The translations under genes were made by a program, and so were the position numbers. From Novakomyces olei (taxonomy: Eukaryota), in the NCBI GenBank assembly GCA_016906335.1, contig JADEYG010000015.1:558001-622000 (forward strand): DNA of 64,000 nucleotides, read 5' to 3'. Position 1 is the first letter of the stretch, and every line of letters starts with the position of its first letter. Shown here in pieces: positions 25,476 to 40,259 of the stretch. The notes under the pieces were generated by a model, which saw nothing but the letters and a program-made list of their open reading frames with translations, was not told the DNA's origin and made no database searches.

Positions 25476-26042
25476 AACGCTCGTATTTGATTAGTCTTAT
25501 ATTTGTTGTATTTTACCCCACATAATCATTGTGTACCGTATCCCATACAAGAACGTGCTATTTATTGTTAATCATTTATTGTTTTACTATTTAAATGCGT
25601 CTATACGCAAAGTATTCTAATTACGTATATGCTCCAGCCAGGTGGTGGCTATTGACAAATAATCGAGTTGCTGTAAGGATTTGCACGGTCCAATAGGAGA
25701 ATGCCGATAAGCCTACCGAATAAATGGCTTAAACCCTTGAGAGGAAGGAAGAGTGCGTGGGCAGTAAATTTAACCCAAATAAATTTTCTTAACATCTAAA
25801 TGAATAGCCAAGGCCGCGTTTGTGTAATCTCCTTTACCCTAATTTGGCGCTATGATGTGAGGCATACTACACTGTGACGTCAAGTTTGATATGGGGGTTG
25901 ATAAAAGGAGACAGCGGACGTGGGAGATTCAGTTAGCAAATATTGACCTTGCCAGTATCAGCGAAGGCACTTTGAACAAAGACAGTCCTTTTTTTATCAC
26001 AATTGTCTTTGGCGTGTACGATATTTCGAGTTCATCAGAGCA

Positions 26043-26948
26043 ATGTCGTCTCAAAAGTTTTACGGGGAAGGAAAATTTAAGAGTGAGATTCCTCCTCAGA
26101 CACAGGAACGGTTGCCCGGCACGGAGGAAGCAATGGATCCATCCTCAGAACCGACAAAGTTAGAAACTCAAAGTGGCCTGCGTGAGTATTCAGGAGTCGG
26201 TAAATTGAAGGGCAAAAAAGCAATAATCTCTGGCGGTGATAGTGGGATCGGTCGTAGTGTGGCCGTTCTTTTTGCAAGAGAAGGAGCAGATTCCACAATT
26301 CTTTACTTGCCTGAAGAAGAAGTCGATGCTCGAGAGACAAAGAAACTAGTTGAACGCGAAGGACAGCAATGTCTATGTTTTCCACTAGATATAACCCGTG
26401 AAGATTTGGTCAAGGAAGCTGTTCAGAAACATGTGGATCATTATAAACGGATTGATATCTTGGTGAACAATGCTTCGCGGCAAGAGCAGTGCAAAAACTT
26501 TGAAGATATTAGTTTGGAAGAAGTTTCGTTAACTTTTCGAACTAATATTTGGAGTATGTTTGCTCTTACAAAGTATTCCCTGCCTCATATGCGTGAAGGC
26601 TCGAGCATAATAAACTCGACTTCTGTCACTGCGTATCGTGGTTCTCCTGCTATGGTACCTTATAGCTCAACTAAAGGTGCCATTGTTACTTTTACACGAA
26701 GTTTGGCCAAGCAGCTTATTTCCCGCAATATTAGAGTTAATGCGGTAGCACCGGGGCCCGTGCACACGCCCTTAAACGCGGCCTCTAGACCTCCTGAGCA
26801 AATGGAAGATTTTGGAAGCGGTAGCTTGGTGGGAAGAGCGTTTCAGCCCTCTGAAATCGCTCCTACTTACGTTTTCTTGGCTAGTGCTGAGGGTATTGCA
26901 TACGTGGGCACAACGCTACATCCCTCTGCAGAAATTTTAAATGTATAA
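26043..26948 (+). CDS. Short-chain dehydrogenase/reductase (YghA/YdaD-like), intronless
   Basis: ISGGDSGIGRSVA, ILVNNA, YSSTK catalytic motif, VNAVAPGPV, QPSEIAPTYVFLAS. Confidence 0.9.
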   Translation: MSSQKFYGEGKFKSEIPPQTQERLPGTEEAMDPSSEPTKLETQSGLREYSGVGKLKGKKAIISGGDSGIGRSVAVLFAREGADSTILYLPEEEVDARETKKLVEREGQQCLCFPLDITREDLVKEAVQKHVDHYKRIDILVNNASRQEQCKNFEDISLEEVSLTFRTNIWSMFALTKYSLPHMREGSSIINSTSVTAYRGSPAMVPYSSTKGAIVTFTRSLAKQLISRNIRVNAVAPGPVHTPLNAASRPPEQMEDFGSGSLVGRAFQPSEIAPTYVFLASAEGIAYVGTTLHPSAEILNV

Positions 26949-27305
26949 AGCTTTTTTCGCTTTGTAATTGCGGGAATAAAGTACTTTGATGCATGCTTTT
27001 TGTGTTTTCTACAGTGCCGAGTAAAACATTTCACAAGTCGGCAGTTTGGATACACACGCCATATAGCAAACAATGATTTGATTTAATATTACACAGAATA
27101 CTGTAGCGTGTAGATTGCAGTAAGGGAATATATCACCATATATTACTATATATATTACTATATATATTGCTATATATTTTACTATATACCATATATTTAT
27201 TATTGTCTCGAGTTACATTCAAGTCGTATATAATGGATAAACAACAGCTTAAATTATATGCAGCATTAATTGGCTGCTGCACCGAGTTGGATTGGTGCAT
27301 TTGGA

Positions 27306-28120
27306 ATGAGGTAAGTGTACATTTACAGAAGCCTTCTTTGACGGTAATTAGCGTTACTTTAGTAACAGATAAGGGCAATATCAAGCTTGAACTCTACTGC
27401 GATCAGGCGCCTAAAGCATGCGAAAACTTTCTGGCGTTGTGCGCAAGTGGCTATTATGATAACACTTTGATCCATCGCAATATAAAAGGGTTTATGGTGC
27501 AGGTGAGTAGATCAAGTTTCTAGTTGTTAATATATAGATGGGAGATCCGACAGGTACGGGGAAGGGTGGAGACTCGATTTGGGGCAGAGAGTTTGAAGAT
27601 GAAATTAATGATTCACTGAAACACGACAAGAGGGTAAGATGCTTCTTGCGATTGCATTTGCCTTTTCAATTTATCTGACTAGCAATGCTTTACTATTGCT
27701 TAGTGTGACTGTCTGTAGCCGCCGCTGACAAATCAAAGGGGGTAGTTTCCATGGCCAATTCTGGGCCGAACACAAACAAGAGCCAGTTTTTCATCACATT
27801 TAGCAAGCAGCCACATTTAGACGGAAAATATACTATATTTGCACAGTAGGTTAAATTTTGTCGTTTGGTCTCCAGAGTGAATTCTTTTCTACGCGAATTC
27901 AATTGCTGTTTTACTACTTGTTTTACAGATATTCACATTGGTTATGCTCATTTACCCATTTTATTTTGTATTTGTTCCTGACAGCGGCAGTGTCATTTAC
28001 GGTGCGGAGACAACATTAAAGCTCATTGAGGACGAACCTTGCGGGAAGAAAAACAGGCCTCTACATGAAATACGGCTTCAAAAAGTTATCATACACGCTA
28101 ATCCGTTTGCCAATGCATGA
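27306..28120 (+). CDS. Cyclophilin-type PPIase (PPIL3-like), 5 exons
   Basis: Spliced [79 protein letters not shown]. Confidence 0.92.
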
Positions 28121-28254
28121 AACGTGGCAGCTAATTGAAAACAGGGCCAAACTGGCAAAGTTTGCATCGATCCATATTACATTTTCAGCATACACGAAAA
28201 GTACATATGACCACGAAAGAGCTATACTTCAAAATCACATACATTAATAAAATT

Positions 28255-29403
28255 CTAACCACGTTGCTCCGGTTTGAGTTGGTTGTGGTAAAGCTCTTCC
28301 ACATTTAGCAACCGCCGGCCTCGTTCTTTTGAAATTGTGACCGGATCCTTTATCTCCGTAATTGCTTCGTAAAAGCATTTTATCAAGTTCATACCGTTAC
28401 GCGACTTGAAAACTTTTGCAGACAGATCTTTTATTCCAGCGGCAAGACAAATTTCATAAATGTAATGATTGCATCGCAGCCCGAACCCGAGCGGCCTTGC
28501 TCGTGCTTGCATTCGCACAGAATGGTACTTGTGATCCACAAACCCGTGAATCGTTCTATTCTCGAACCGAGTAATCCGTCTCATATTCTTTACGGCGGCC
28601 GTATTGGCCTTTCGGATAGACAGAGAAGGATCATGATCTTTGCCTTCGCCCAACCCAACGAGTCCATTCTCATCACCTGCGACAGAAATAGAGTAAAAGC
28701 TCCGGATTTTGCCTTTACCCGTTTGATTAACGACACGCTTGGTCATTAGTGAGCGAATATGCAGTGATTTAAGTTCCTTCTCCGTGATCCCCACGTAAGC
28801 GTCTGCCGTACTAGAAATCGTCGTGCTTTCAACTTCTGGCTGCGGCTGACGAAACCGCATATTCGCCCACTCGGGTTCCCGCTCAACTCGCCGGGAGCGG
28901 CCGGTTTTGCTGTCCCGCGGCGCCTGAGGCAGCGCGTAGTCCAATACTGGATCAAGGTCACGGAAGGTGTCAAAGTAAGGGACATTTAGTACAGTTGCTC
29001 TGCTCCCTGCATTGGCAAAATCGTCAAGGCTCACACTCTGCTCAATCACGGACCGCCACCGTTCAATTTCGGAAGGCGCGAATGGTTCAATGCGTACAGC
29101 GTCTTTTCCCGGTTTTTGCGATTTAGATTTGGGCCTTTTTCCCGAGTTTTGCTGAGCTTTTGGCTCTGACGAGGCTGCAGCCGTCCGACCGCCAGTACCA
29201 TCTGCGGCTTTTCCGGCCTCCGTAGTCGGCTTTGCCGTCTGCGGCTCCGCGGCTTCCGAGGAGGGCTCTGTGCCTTTTGCATCGCTGCTGTTCAGCCGCA
29301 GTCCAGATACTCTGTAGTTTGGCGAGGCAAAAGTTGGCCGTGTCCACGCAGTGCACGAAGCACTGCGTGGCACAGTCAGGAGACGAGGAATTGGCACCCG
29401 CAT
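28255..29403 (-). CDS. MRPS5: Mitochondrial ribosomal protein uS5m
   Basis: Arg/Ser-rich presequence; KRVVNQTGKGKIRS, GDENGLVGLGEGK, RFENRTI, PLGFGLRCNHYIYEIC..GIKDL, SRNGMN. Confidence 0.93.
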   Translation of the reverse strand: MRVPIPRLLTVPRSASCTAWTRPTFASPNYRVSGLRLNSSDAKGTEPSSEAAEPQTAKPTTEAGKAADGTGGRTAAASSEPKAQQNSGKRPKSKSQKPGKDAVRIEPFAPSEIERWRSVIEQSVSLDDFANAGSRATVLNVPYFDTFRDLDPVLDYALPQAPRDSKTGRSRRVEREPEWANMRFRQPQPEVESTTISSTADAYVGITEKELKSLHIRSLMTKRVVNQTGKGKIRSFYSISVAGDENGLVGLGEGKDHDPSLSIRKANTAAVKNMRRITRFENRTIHGFVDHKYHSVRMQARARPLGFGLRCNHYIYEICLAAGIKDLSAKVFKSRNGMNLIKCFYEAITEIKDPVTISKERGRRLLNVEELYHNQLKPEQRG

Positions 29404-29617
29404 TAACAGTAAGCCTTCCAAGGCACAAGACGAGAATCTTACTTTTGCCTCGAGATTTTACCGTGCGCGATTTTTATTTGCTTATTTCTTATTTAATTAT
29501 TTTATTTTTATTTTTCTAGTCTTATTTTTCTAGTTTTATTTTTTTAGTTTCGTTTAGTTTCGTTATACTGCGTGCTACCCTTTGTATGCAAAGTTTTGCT
29601 GTACCGTTCTCTGAGCC

Positions 29618-29630
29618 AGGGTTAGGGTTA
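29618..29630. promoter_or_regulatory. Telomere-like box AGGGTTAGGGTTA in the divergent MRPS5/TRM2 promoter
   Basis: Two TTAGGG-phase units in a 350-bp divergent intergenic region. Confidence 0.55.
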
Positions 29631-29753
29631 AGATCATGTATTATCTGGAAACCACTTTTTTATTAGCGCTGCCTATACTCGTAATGTAAGCTCTGCCTCC
29701 CAATAAAAACTCTGCTATACTTTACATTAATCTTTTTTTTTGTGGAAATATGA

Positions 29754-31750
29754 ATGGCCTGGCGAGCAATCTGCGCCAAGGGCAGTATAGGTTTTGTGAG
29801 ATTCGTTGAGAGACAAAATCACGGCCAGACGCCACGTTTCTGCCGCACGATCATGGTTGAAAAATCTGCTAACGGCGGCGGCAATGCCGCTCCGCCGATC
29901 AAGAAGAGAAAGCTCAAGCACACAACGCGACCAGTGAAACCAGGGTCGGCAGAAGAAGCATTGGTGAAAGATGTGGAATCGCTCGTATCGGTACATGATT
30001 TATCTCGAATAATCCGGCGTGGTGAACCAGGACGGCCAGAGATGTTTTCTACTTTTCCCGTCGAAATTTTAGAATTAAGTGCGACCGGCGAGGGGCTCGG
30101 TGTAGACCGTGACAGAAAGCATATTGTTGTAGTGCCTTTTTGTTTGCCCGGTGAAACAGTTTTAACTAAAATTTACCGGAATACCACGCAAGAGTATGTG
30201 TATAAAAATTTGTTTTTATGAAAATTCATTTTTACGTTGCTCTTCGACCCATAACCATCAATGATTATCGTCGCTAATAGCGAAAGCGAACATTAAATTG
30301 TCGTTGTTTCTTTTCTCTCTGATGGCCTTAGACTTATCTAGCCTTTTTTATTGTGTTCGGCGGGATTATTTCTGAACAATTCTCGTTTTTAATTTTATTT
30401 CAAGGATGAAACTTCAAGCTACGTCTCAAGGACAGTTTGTAATCCTGTAAATTGCCTTTACGCTTTTGCAGAGAATACTAACAAACAGCTTATTTTGCAT
30501 GGGCGACTTGGTATCAGTACAAGTCGCGTCTCCGGAGCGCGATAATGATTTAGTTAAATGCCGCTATTTCGGTTCGTGTGCTGGCTGTCAGTTTCAGATG
30601 TGGCCATATGCCAAACAGCTCGAGCACAAACGCCAAGTTGTCCGTAAAGCGTACGAGAACTTTTCATCACTCACAAAGTCTTCCGATTTCCCTGTGGTTG
30701 GAGCCACCCATGGAAGCCCTTTGCAATACGCTTATCGTACAAAACTGACGCCTCACTTTGATCGGCCTCGAAGAGATAAAGATGGCGGTGTTTTGCCTTT
30801 CCCCATTGGATTCACAGTCAAAGGGAGACAGACGACTTTAGACATTGAAGAGTGTCCCATTGGTACTGCTTCACTGAGCAAGGCGCTACCCACCCTGCGA
30901 GAACAAACTTTGGCGAACCGGGATAAATACAAGTTGGGTGCTACTATACTTATGCGCGAGTCGCAAAGGACGATTGACGGTAAAGTTGAAAAATATTGCG
31001 AGACGGATAACAAGGCGACCATTGTGGAGCAGTTTGGTGAATATAAATTCGAAGCTCCAGCAGGTATGAACTTTATATATTTTTCAAGTCTTGTCAGTCT
31101 CTATCTCGTAATATAAATCTATTTTTCTTCTTCTAGAGTTGACAAACTCATATTGATCTGCGTTCAATTCAATTGTTAACTCGTGCAAAGGCGACTTTTT
31201 CCAGAATAATAGTTCAATTCTCCCCGACTTGACTTCATATGTTCGAGACCAGCTGCATGTGGGAGACAGTACTCCGCTAAAGTACTTGGTCGATGCTTAC
31301 TGCGGTTCTGGTCTCTTTACAGTAACCTGCGCAAAGGGTCTGGAGAGATCTGTGGGTGTTGAGATATCTGCGAAATCTATCGAATACGCTAAACGAAATT
31401 GCGCTCTAAACAATATTGAAAATGCAGAGTTTATAGTCGGAAATGCAGAGCGATTGTTTGCCGAGCTGTCTTTCACCGGAGAAGCCACGGGTATGGTGAT
31501 TGATCCACCTCGGAAAGGCTGTGATACACTGTTTCTAGAGCAGTTATTGGCCTTTGCCCCGCGACGTATTGTTTACGTGAGCTGTAATGTTCATACCCAG
31601 GCGCGGGACGTGGATTATATTTGCCGGAATAAAACAGCTGCGGGTGGGACTTATCGCCTGGATACAGTCTGTGGATTTGATATGTTTCCACAGACTTATC
31701 ATGTTGAAAGTGTGGCCACTCTCACCTTGCAAGATCCGGCAGATGTGTGA
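29754..31750 (+). CDS. TRM2: tRNA (uracil-5-)-methyltransferase; introns 30194-30488 and 31064-31190
   Basis: TRAM domain, CRYFGSCAGCQFQ, YRTKLTPHFD, FFQNNSSIL, VDAYCGSGLF, IDPPRKGC, YVSCN, FDMFPQTYHVES. Confidence 0.95.
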
Positions 31751-32297
31751 AGAATATGTGGAATAGATTAGTCACTACGACAATTATGCTAATAATGTTT
31801 CAGATATCGGCATGCTTTGTCCATCTAGACTTTAGGCACGATTAGCATGCTTCTACATAATTTCCCAAGCAGCCTAGCTAGAACTTTTTAGTAAAGCCAG
31901 GCACTGGTAGTCATTTCTTATGAGCAGTTGATTCTCTTACATTTATTAGCAGCTTACAGATAAAAGTTTAGTTGATTTATTTATATTTTATTATTTATAT
32001 ATATATATATATATATATATTAATTTATTTATCTTTATAAATAATAATTATTGGAATCGAACCGAATCTTTTTATTTTTATTTATGCGCATTAATATATG
32101 TCTACTACATATACGTGTCTACTATATATATGTGTCTACTATATGTCTATTATATGTCTGTTATATAAATTTTTTTATTACTTTTTATAACTTTTTTCTC
32201 TTTCTGAACATTCTCCTTTATTCTCTTTTTTTTTTCTCTTTTTTAATTTATATACTCGCGCCCGTCAATTGTGCCAGTTTTTTTGGATCCAAGAGAC

Positions 32298-34800
32298 ATG
32301 AGCGATGACGGGCTCATTCTGAACTTTGCACCACCGTCAAATCCGTCAGCCAAACCTCATAAGCGTGTACAGAGCAAACCGGCAAGCGGCAGATGGACTG
32401 ACAGGTTAAAGCATGCAAAAAGCAGCAAATTGAGGAGGAAGCAGCAATCTGCGCCCGCAGTGCGCCCCATCAGTGTTGCCTCGGACGCGCTCGCTGACTC
32501 GCGGGGCCAAGTGTCTGGGAGCGATAGGCGGCTCGACTCAAAGGCCAAGGAGAGAGCGGCGCCTAAATCTTTTAGTGGCAATGGCAGTTTAAAGGAAGGC
32601 TCGCAGGCTTTTAGCCACAGGCACAGAAAGCCAGTGCCGAGGGCAGAAGAAAAAGACGCAGCGTCCTCGGTCAGTGTACAGATTTTAGGAGTCAATGGAC
32701 CTGGCCAGTCTATTCAAAATCGCCAGCAAGTTCAAGGACGGCAGTCACTACAAAAGGAGCAGCAAAACCAAAACCAAAACCAAAACCAAAAGCCAAAGCA
32801 AAAGCAAAAAGAGCAGCCAAAGCAAAAACAGTCGCAACAGCACGTGTCTTCGCTTTTCTCCTTCAATCCAGCGGCGCCGGCACAGTCAGCTTTGGCTGAT
32901 GGAGCCAGTCACGAGCTCGGAACGGCGACGAATGCTCCGCTTGCTAGTGCGCAAGGGTTTTCTACGTTTGGTGTAGACGAGACACTGTGCAGGGTTTTGC
33001 AGCAGCGGCTCGGGATCAGCCGGCCGACCACGATACAGAGCAAATGCCTGCCTCTTCTGCTGTCTTCTGCCCGGGACATGCTGATCCAGGCAGAGACTGG
33101 CTCTGGCAAGACGCTGGCCTACCTGCTGCCCATCGTGTCGCGTATAATGACGCTGCCCTCTGGCAAAAGGAGCCGAGAGCAAGGACTGTGGGCCTTAATA
33201 ATAACGCCTACTCGTGAACTGAGCAATCAGGTCATGTCCGTCCTGACTGCACTGTTCCATCACGCAGACTCCCACTGGATCGTGCCCTGTGTGGCTATTG
33301 GTGGAGAACGGAAAAAGGCGGAAAAGGCGAGAATTCGAAAGGGGATAAACGTACTCGTGGGCACACCGGGTCGGGTCCTTGATCATTTGGAAAACACGCA
33401 TAGCCTAAATGTCAGGGCGGTTAAATGGATTGTGCTGGACGAAGGCGATCGGCTCATGGAGCTGGGATTGGGCGAAACTGTACAAAAGATTTTGGGCATA
33501 GTGAGGCAAATGTCCTCGTCCACTCTAGAAATTGGGGGGAAAATGCCAGTAAAACAGGTGACTGTCCTGTGCTCCGCTACAATGCAGGACTCAACCAGGG
33601 AAATGGCAAATATACCAGACGCTGTCTTTGTACGAGCACAAGAAGAGGATTCTTCCCGCAAGACAAAGACAGTTGCTCCTGCTCAATTGGAGCAGAGATT
33701 GTTTTACGCTCCCGCCAAATTACGTATGGTCTGCCTGGCCTCAACTTTGCTTGAGGCAGCCAGAGAAAAGGATGGGAAAGGCGGGGATGGAAACGGTCAA
33801 AAAAGCCGAAAAATAATCGTGTTTTTTTCCTGTGCCGCCAGTGTAGACTTTTATTTCCGTGTTTTTGCGTCTTGTGATGATCCTTCTTTGTCTGCATGTA
33901 ACGCAGCAGCCTTGAACGATACTTGCAAGATTTTTCGTCTGCACGGATCAATGGACCAGTCTCTGCGTACATCAACGATTAATGCCTTTGCCTCTGGAAA
34001 ATCTGAGGCTTTGACTGATTCATTTGGACAGCAAACCTGCTCCGTTCTCTTCTGCACAGACGTGGCAGCTCGAGGATTAGATCTGCCAACTGTTGATCTC
34101 GTTATTCAGTTCGATGCTCCCTTCTCTGTAGACGATTACATTCACAGAATCGGTAGAACTGCCCGTGCTGGTATGGACGGAAAGGCAATATTGTTCCTTT
34201 TGCCCAGTGAAGCGGCGTACAGCGATGTGCTCAAGGGAAGCGGTATCAACGTCCACGATGACGGACTAATGACTGTGGATAAATGTCTGCAAGCTGGCTT
34301 TGGTGGCCGTATTAAATATGAATGGGAAACCGCCGCGACTGAATGGCAGTTGGATAGAGAACGCTGGGTTATGAGCTCTACAGAGGTATGTTGGTTTTTT
34401 ATTTATTTATTTATTTATTATTTTATTATTTTATTATTCTTCTTCTTTGAAAACCGACTAATATCAGAACACAAAACTCGCAATTGACGCGTTTCAAGCA
34501 CACATCCGAGCCTACGCGACTCATACAGCCGGTGAAAAGAATATTTTTAATATCAGATCTCTCCATTTGGGCCATTTGGCCAAAAGTTTTGCATTACGGG
34601 AAACTCCGGGACAGATGAGCAGGAAAATCGGGTCAGGCCCAGACGATATGAAAAAGCGTAAAAAGGGAGAAATGCAAGAAGGCGGGAAAAGCAAGAAACG
34701 TGCTATCGGTCCAGGAAATGCGGCAGCGATAATGAGAAAAAAGGCAGCTGAGCATCAGGGCTTAGACTATAATGTTGGCCTTGGTGGATATGTGCTTTGA
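32298..34800 (+). CDS. DBP7: DEAD-box RNA helicase Dbp7; intron 34386-34467
   Basis: [11 protein letters not shown]-terminus, [64 protein letters not shown]. Confidence 0.93.
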
Positions 34801-35015
34801 TAATGATACCATCAACCAGGACTTGTACATATAAATGCTATATAGATTGAGGCATATGTCGGATTGCCCTCTTTGGCAGAACGTACTTTAAAAGTTGTTT
34901 ATTTATAATTATACTATTCACATGAACCCTGTAATTCTTTTCAATATAACCAACCAGCTTAGTTTGAACTCGAGCAAAGTGGTTTCACGAACCACGAAAG
35001 CAATCCTTCAAACAT

Positions 35016-37067
<2,052 letters not shown>

Positions 37068-37093
37068 GCCTTGGCATGTCGCACTCGTTTAAA

Positions 37094-37121
37094 TATTATT
37101 ATTATTTATTATTATTTATTA

Positions 37122-37169
<48 letters not shown>

Positions 37170-37170
37170 T
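37094..37170. repeat. Imperfect (TAT)n microsatellite in a divergent promoter
   Basis: Seen directly. Confidence 0.95.
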
Positions 37171-37207
37171 GATTCTTTAAATTAATTTTGTAATTCAGCG
37201 GCGCTCA

Positions 37208-38150
37208 ATGTCGGCCAACCATACAATGGACGACAATGAAGACTCTAAAGAGGCGCCCGTTATGCTTGGCTTTGCTGAGCCTATTGATGATACCAATGTT
37301 GATTTTATGCTCAGCCGTATTGGCGGCTTTCCCGTACGTTTTATGTCTATATATACTATTTTTTTTCTTTTTTTTTTTTTTTTTTTTTTTTAGTATGTTC
37401 ATTAACAAATCCCAGTATTTGCCAGATAAAGAGCCCACGATTACTGCCGACCAGTTACGCTGTGGTTATTGCGGAGATGTAATGAGTTTGTTGGTGCAAG
37501 TTTACTGCCCAGAAATTGGGAACGACGCGTATCATCGAGCCATTTATGTTTTCGCGTGCAAAAAAGGCCATACGAGAAGCGCCTTCCCGCCGTGTTTTAA
37601 GGCTATAAGGGTGCAGCGCACAAAGGACCAAGACATTAAAGGTCAGTATGTTACACTAGGCACCGTCTTCCCAGAGTACGAAATTGTTTCTGAGCCAGAG
37701 CCAGAGGAATCAAAGCCCAGTGAGTCTGCTATAGTACAGAGGTCATTGGGCTCCCAAGCAGTTCCAGACTTGGAGGAGGCAGTTGAGACAATCGGCAATG
37801 GTGACGCCACTTTTCTCTCGTTTCAGAGAAGGATTGAGCGCGAACCAGAACAAGTGCTACGGTATGTTCGCAACAACAAAGAAGGAACATCTCTTTCACC
37901 ACATATCCTTTGGATCAGCGATAAGGGCAAGATCAAAGGTGCCCCTCCGTGTCCATGTGGAGCTCCGCGAGAGATAGAAATGCAAATTCTCTCGACTCTG
38001 TTAAACCATCTCCTTATTGACCCAACCGATTCACATTCACTGGACTGGGGCGTTTTAAATGTTTATACTTGCACAAGTGACTGTACTGCTGCCAATGGGA
38101 CCGGATTCGCTACTGAATGTATTTACCGGCAGGACGTGGATCCCAATTGA
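37208..38150 (+). CDS. PDCD2/Tsr4-like protein (uS5 chaperone family), one intron with poly-T
   Basis: VMLGFA, SRIGGFP, CGYCGDVMSLLVQVYCP, FQRRIEREPEQVLRY, PPCPCGAPREIEMQI, LDWGVLNVYTC. Confidence 0.88.
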
Positions 38151-38601
38151 GCTTTTGCTTGATTTTTACAGATTTTTTATACCATTTATCTGCTCTCTTT
38201 ACGGTTGGATGGTTTTTGTTTTGAATGATACAGATACCCTTTGGAGATGGATGACACGAGGCGTGAATAAAGTGTCGTTGCCTCCGAATACTATACGGAC
38301 AAACGTAGATGGATTCCGTTACAAAAATGCCAAATACACTTTCTTAACATTGTGATTTTTAGTCATGTAGATTGGAAATAATAATAATTATTATTTTTAT
38401 CACGATAACTTTGTTGAACTAAAATATCACTGATGTAAGCTCCACCATTATAGCAATAATCCGAAATTGTTTTGCTTTGCTCTCTTTATTTTTGACTTAA
38501 ATGGTTTATAATTTAGAATCTTATTGTACGGGACTAGTATACAAGCTGGCTGCACTTTTTAACATTTTTGTTTCAATTCATCAGAGCATCCATCGACACC
38601 C

Positions 38602-40050
38602 TCAAGGTCGTAAAGACCGCAAAGCGCCCACGACGATAATACTTTCTTGCGAAGCAGATTGCGACCCCGTTTTCCTAACCGTATTGTGCAACAAAACTTG
38701 TAACCTTTCAAAATCTGATCGTAAGAGTCGAGCCAAAACTGACTGTGGTGATGCTGCAATGTCTCTTGCTCTTGAGGCAATAACAGAGGCTAAACGCCGC
38801 CAGAAAGCAGAGACAGGATTCGCTTCATCCAGGCCAGAGTAAGGTGATTGTTTGATCAAAGTCAGCAAATCAGCCGAAGTTGTAATTTCAAAACTAGTCT
38901 GGGACCTTAATGCCTTTTCCAAGAGCTGAACACGAACTGCATAGTCACCAATAGTACTCCAACATGATTCTATAGTGCGCCAGGCGCTTTGCTGAGTACT
39001 TGATTCAGTTTCCGAGGAAAAAAGCCGTCTCGAGACGCTTTGGCTGGAGAACGACTTGTTCACCAGGTCTGCAGCTGCGCGTACACATTCGTCAATTACT
39101 CGAGAGCAAATCTGTACGAGCGAGTCCTGTGAAACAACCGACAGGATCCTTGCACTTTGTGACAATACTGCCAGTTCCACCGGCTGTTCCGGTCTTGTGA
39201 TTGTCTGTATTTTTTCAACAGCGTCGTAGACTATACGGCCACGCAAAGAGTCCCGCCATGGTTTTCTCGCGGAAATTATACGGACCCTCATCTGATTTAT
39301 TATTAGTATTTATCCGTTTTTTGTTTGAGTAAAAGTACCAGCTCAGGCGTCTGTTCCAGCATCGCTTCAAGGTCCCTCCACACAGTAATTGCCCTAAAGT
39401 AGACGCTAAATTTTTCTCTCTCTACAGTGAGTTTACTGGCCTCTTCTAATTGCGCCTCAAGTCGCCTTGATAGTAGTATAAACCGTTCAGTAACAGTAAG
39501 AAGTCTGGTGGCCGAATGTAAACGGTCTGCTGCTCTGTGGTAAAGCTGTGCTTTTTTGTACGGTTGTAAAAGCCGTTTCGCGATTCTTGCATTAGTAATC
39601 CGTTGGAAAACGCGATTTCTATCGTTTTTTATTTATTTATAGTTCACCGTTCTTTCTCTTGTTTTTTTGATCTGACTTTGACAATGATAACATTACCTTG
39701 AATGTGTTTCCTCGACATCCTTAAGGGTCGATGACAGCTGATTTACATTCGAGCAATTCTCGCGGATTGTGGTTACAAGTGTGAGCAAAGTATCCGCGTT
39801 TTGAGTGATCTAATGTTGGAATTGTTAACAAACAAACTAAAACAATTGCTTTTCGTTTGTCTCATTTCACACTAAAGCTTACATGATCTGTAGCGGCTTG
39901 CCGCACATCGTACAATTGAAACTGGACTTTGCTCAAAGGCGTATCGAGATCGACAGTAGCATCGCCCTCGTTGTTAATAGACTGGACATACTCGTTTGCA
40001 AGTTCCAGAGCGGCACTTGAGATTTTGCCTTCAGAGCCATTGCCGTTCAT
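38602..40050 (-). CDS. COG5: COG complex subunit 5-like, 4 exons
   Basis: DLDTPLSKVQFQLYDV..ITQNADTLL N-terminal helix, RLLQPY, FWRRLAS; three introns restore a roughly 400-aa helical protein. Confidence 0.7.
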
Positions 40051-40167
40051 TATCCCCTTATTAATGCAAATGACAACTCAAATACGTCTACCGATGAATG
40101 GCCATCTTGAGCATTGGCGGGGTCGTGTTTTAATTGTCCAATTAATTCAAAGTGACCACAGCAACAA

Positions 40168-40173
40168 TTATTA

Positions 40174-40259
<86 letters not shown>
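40168..40259. repeat. (TAT)n microsatellite upstream of COG5
   Basis: Seen directly. Confidence 0.97.

Noticed and set aside
26043-26948. Intronless YghA/YdaD-like SDR as a recent bacterial transfer
   Set aside because: The family is common in fungi and several native genes here are also intronless; no evidence without a phylogeny.
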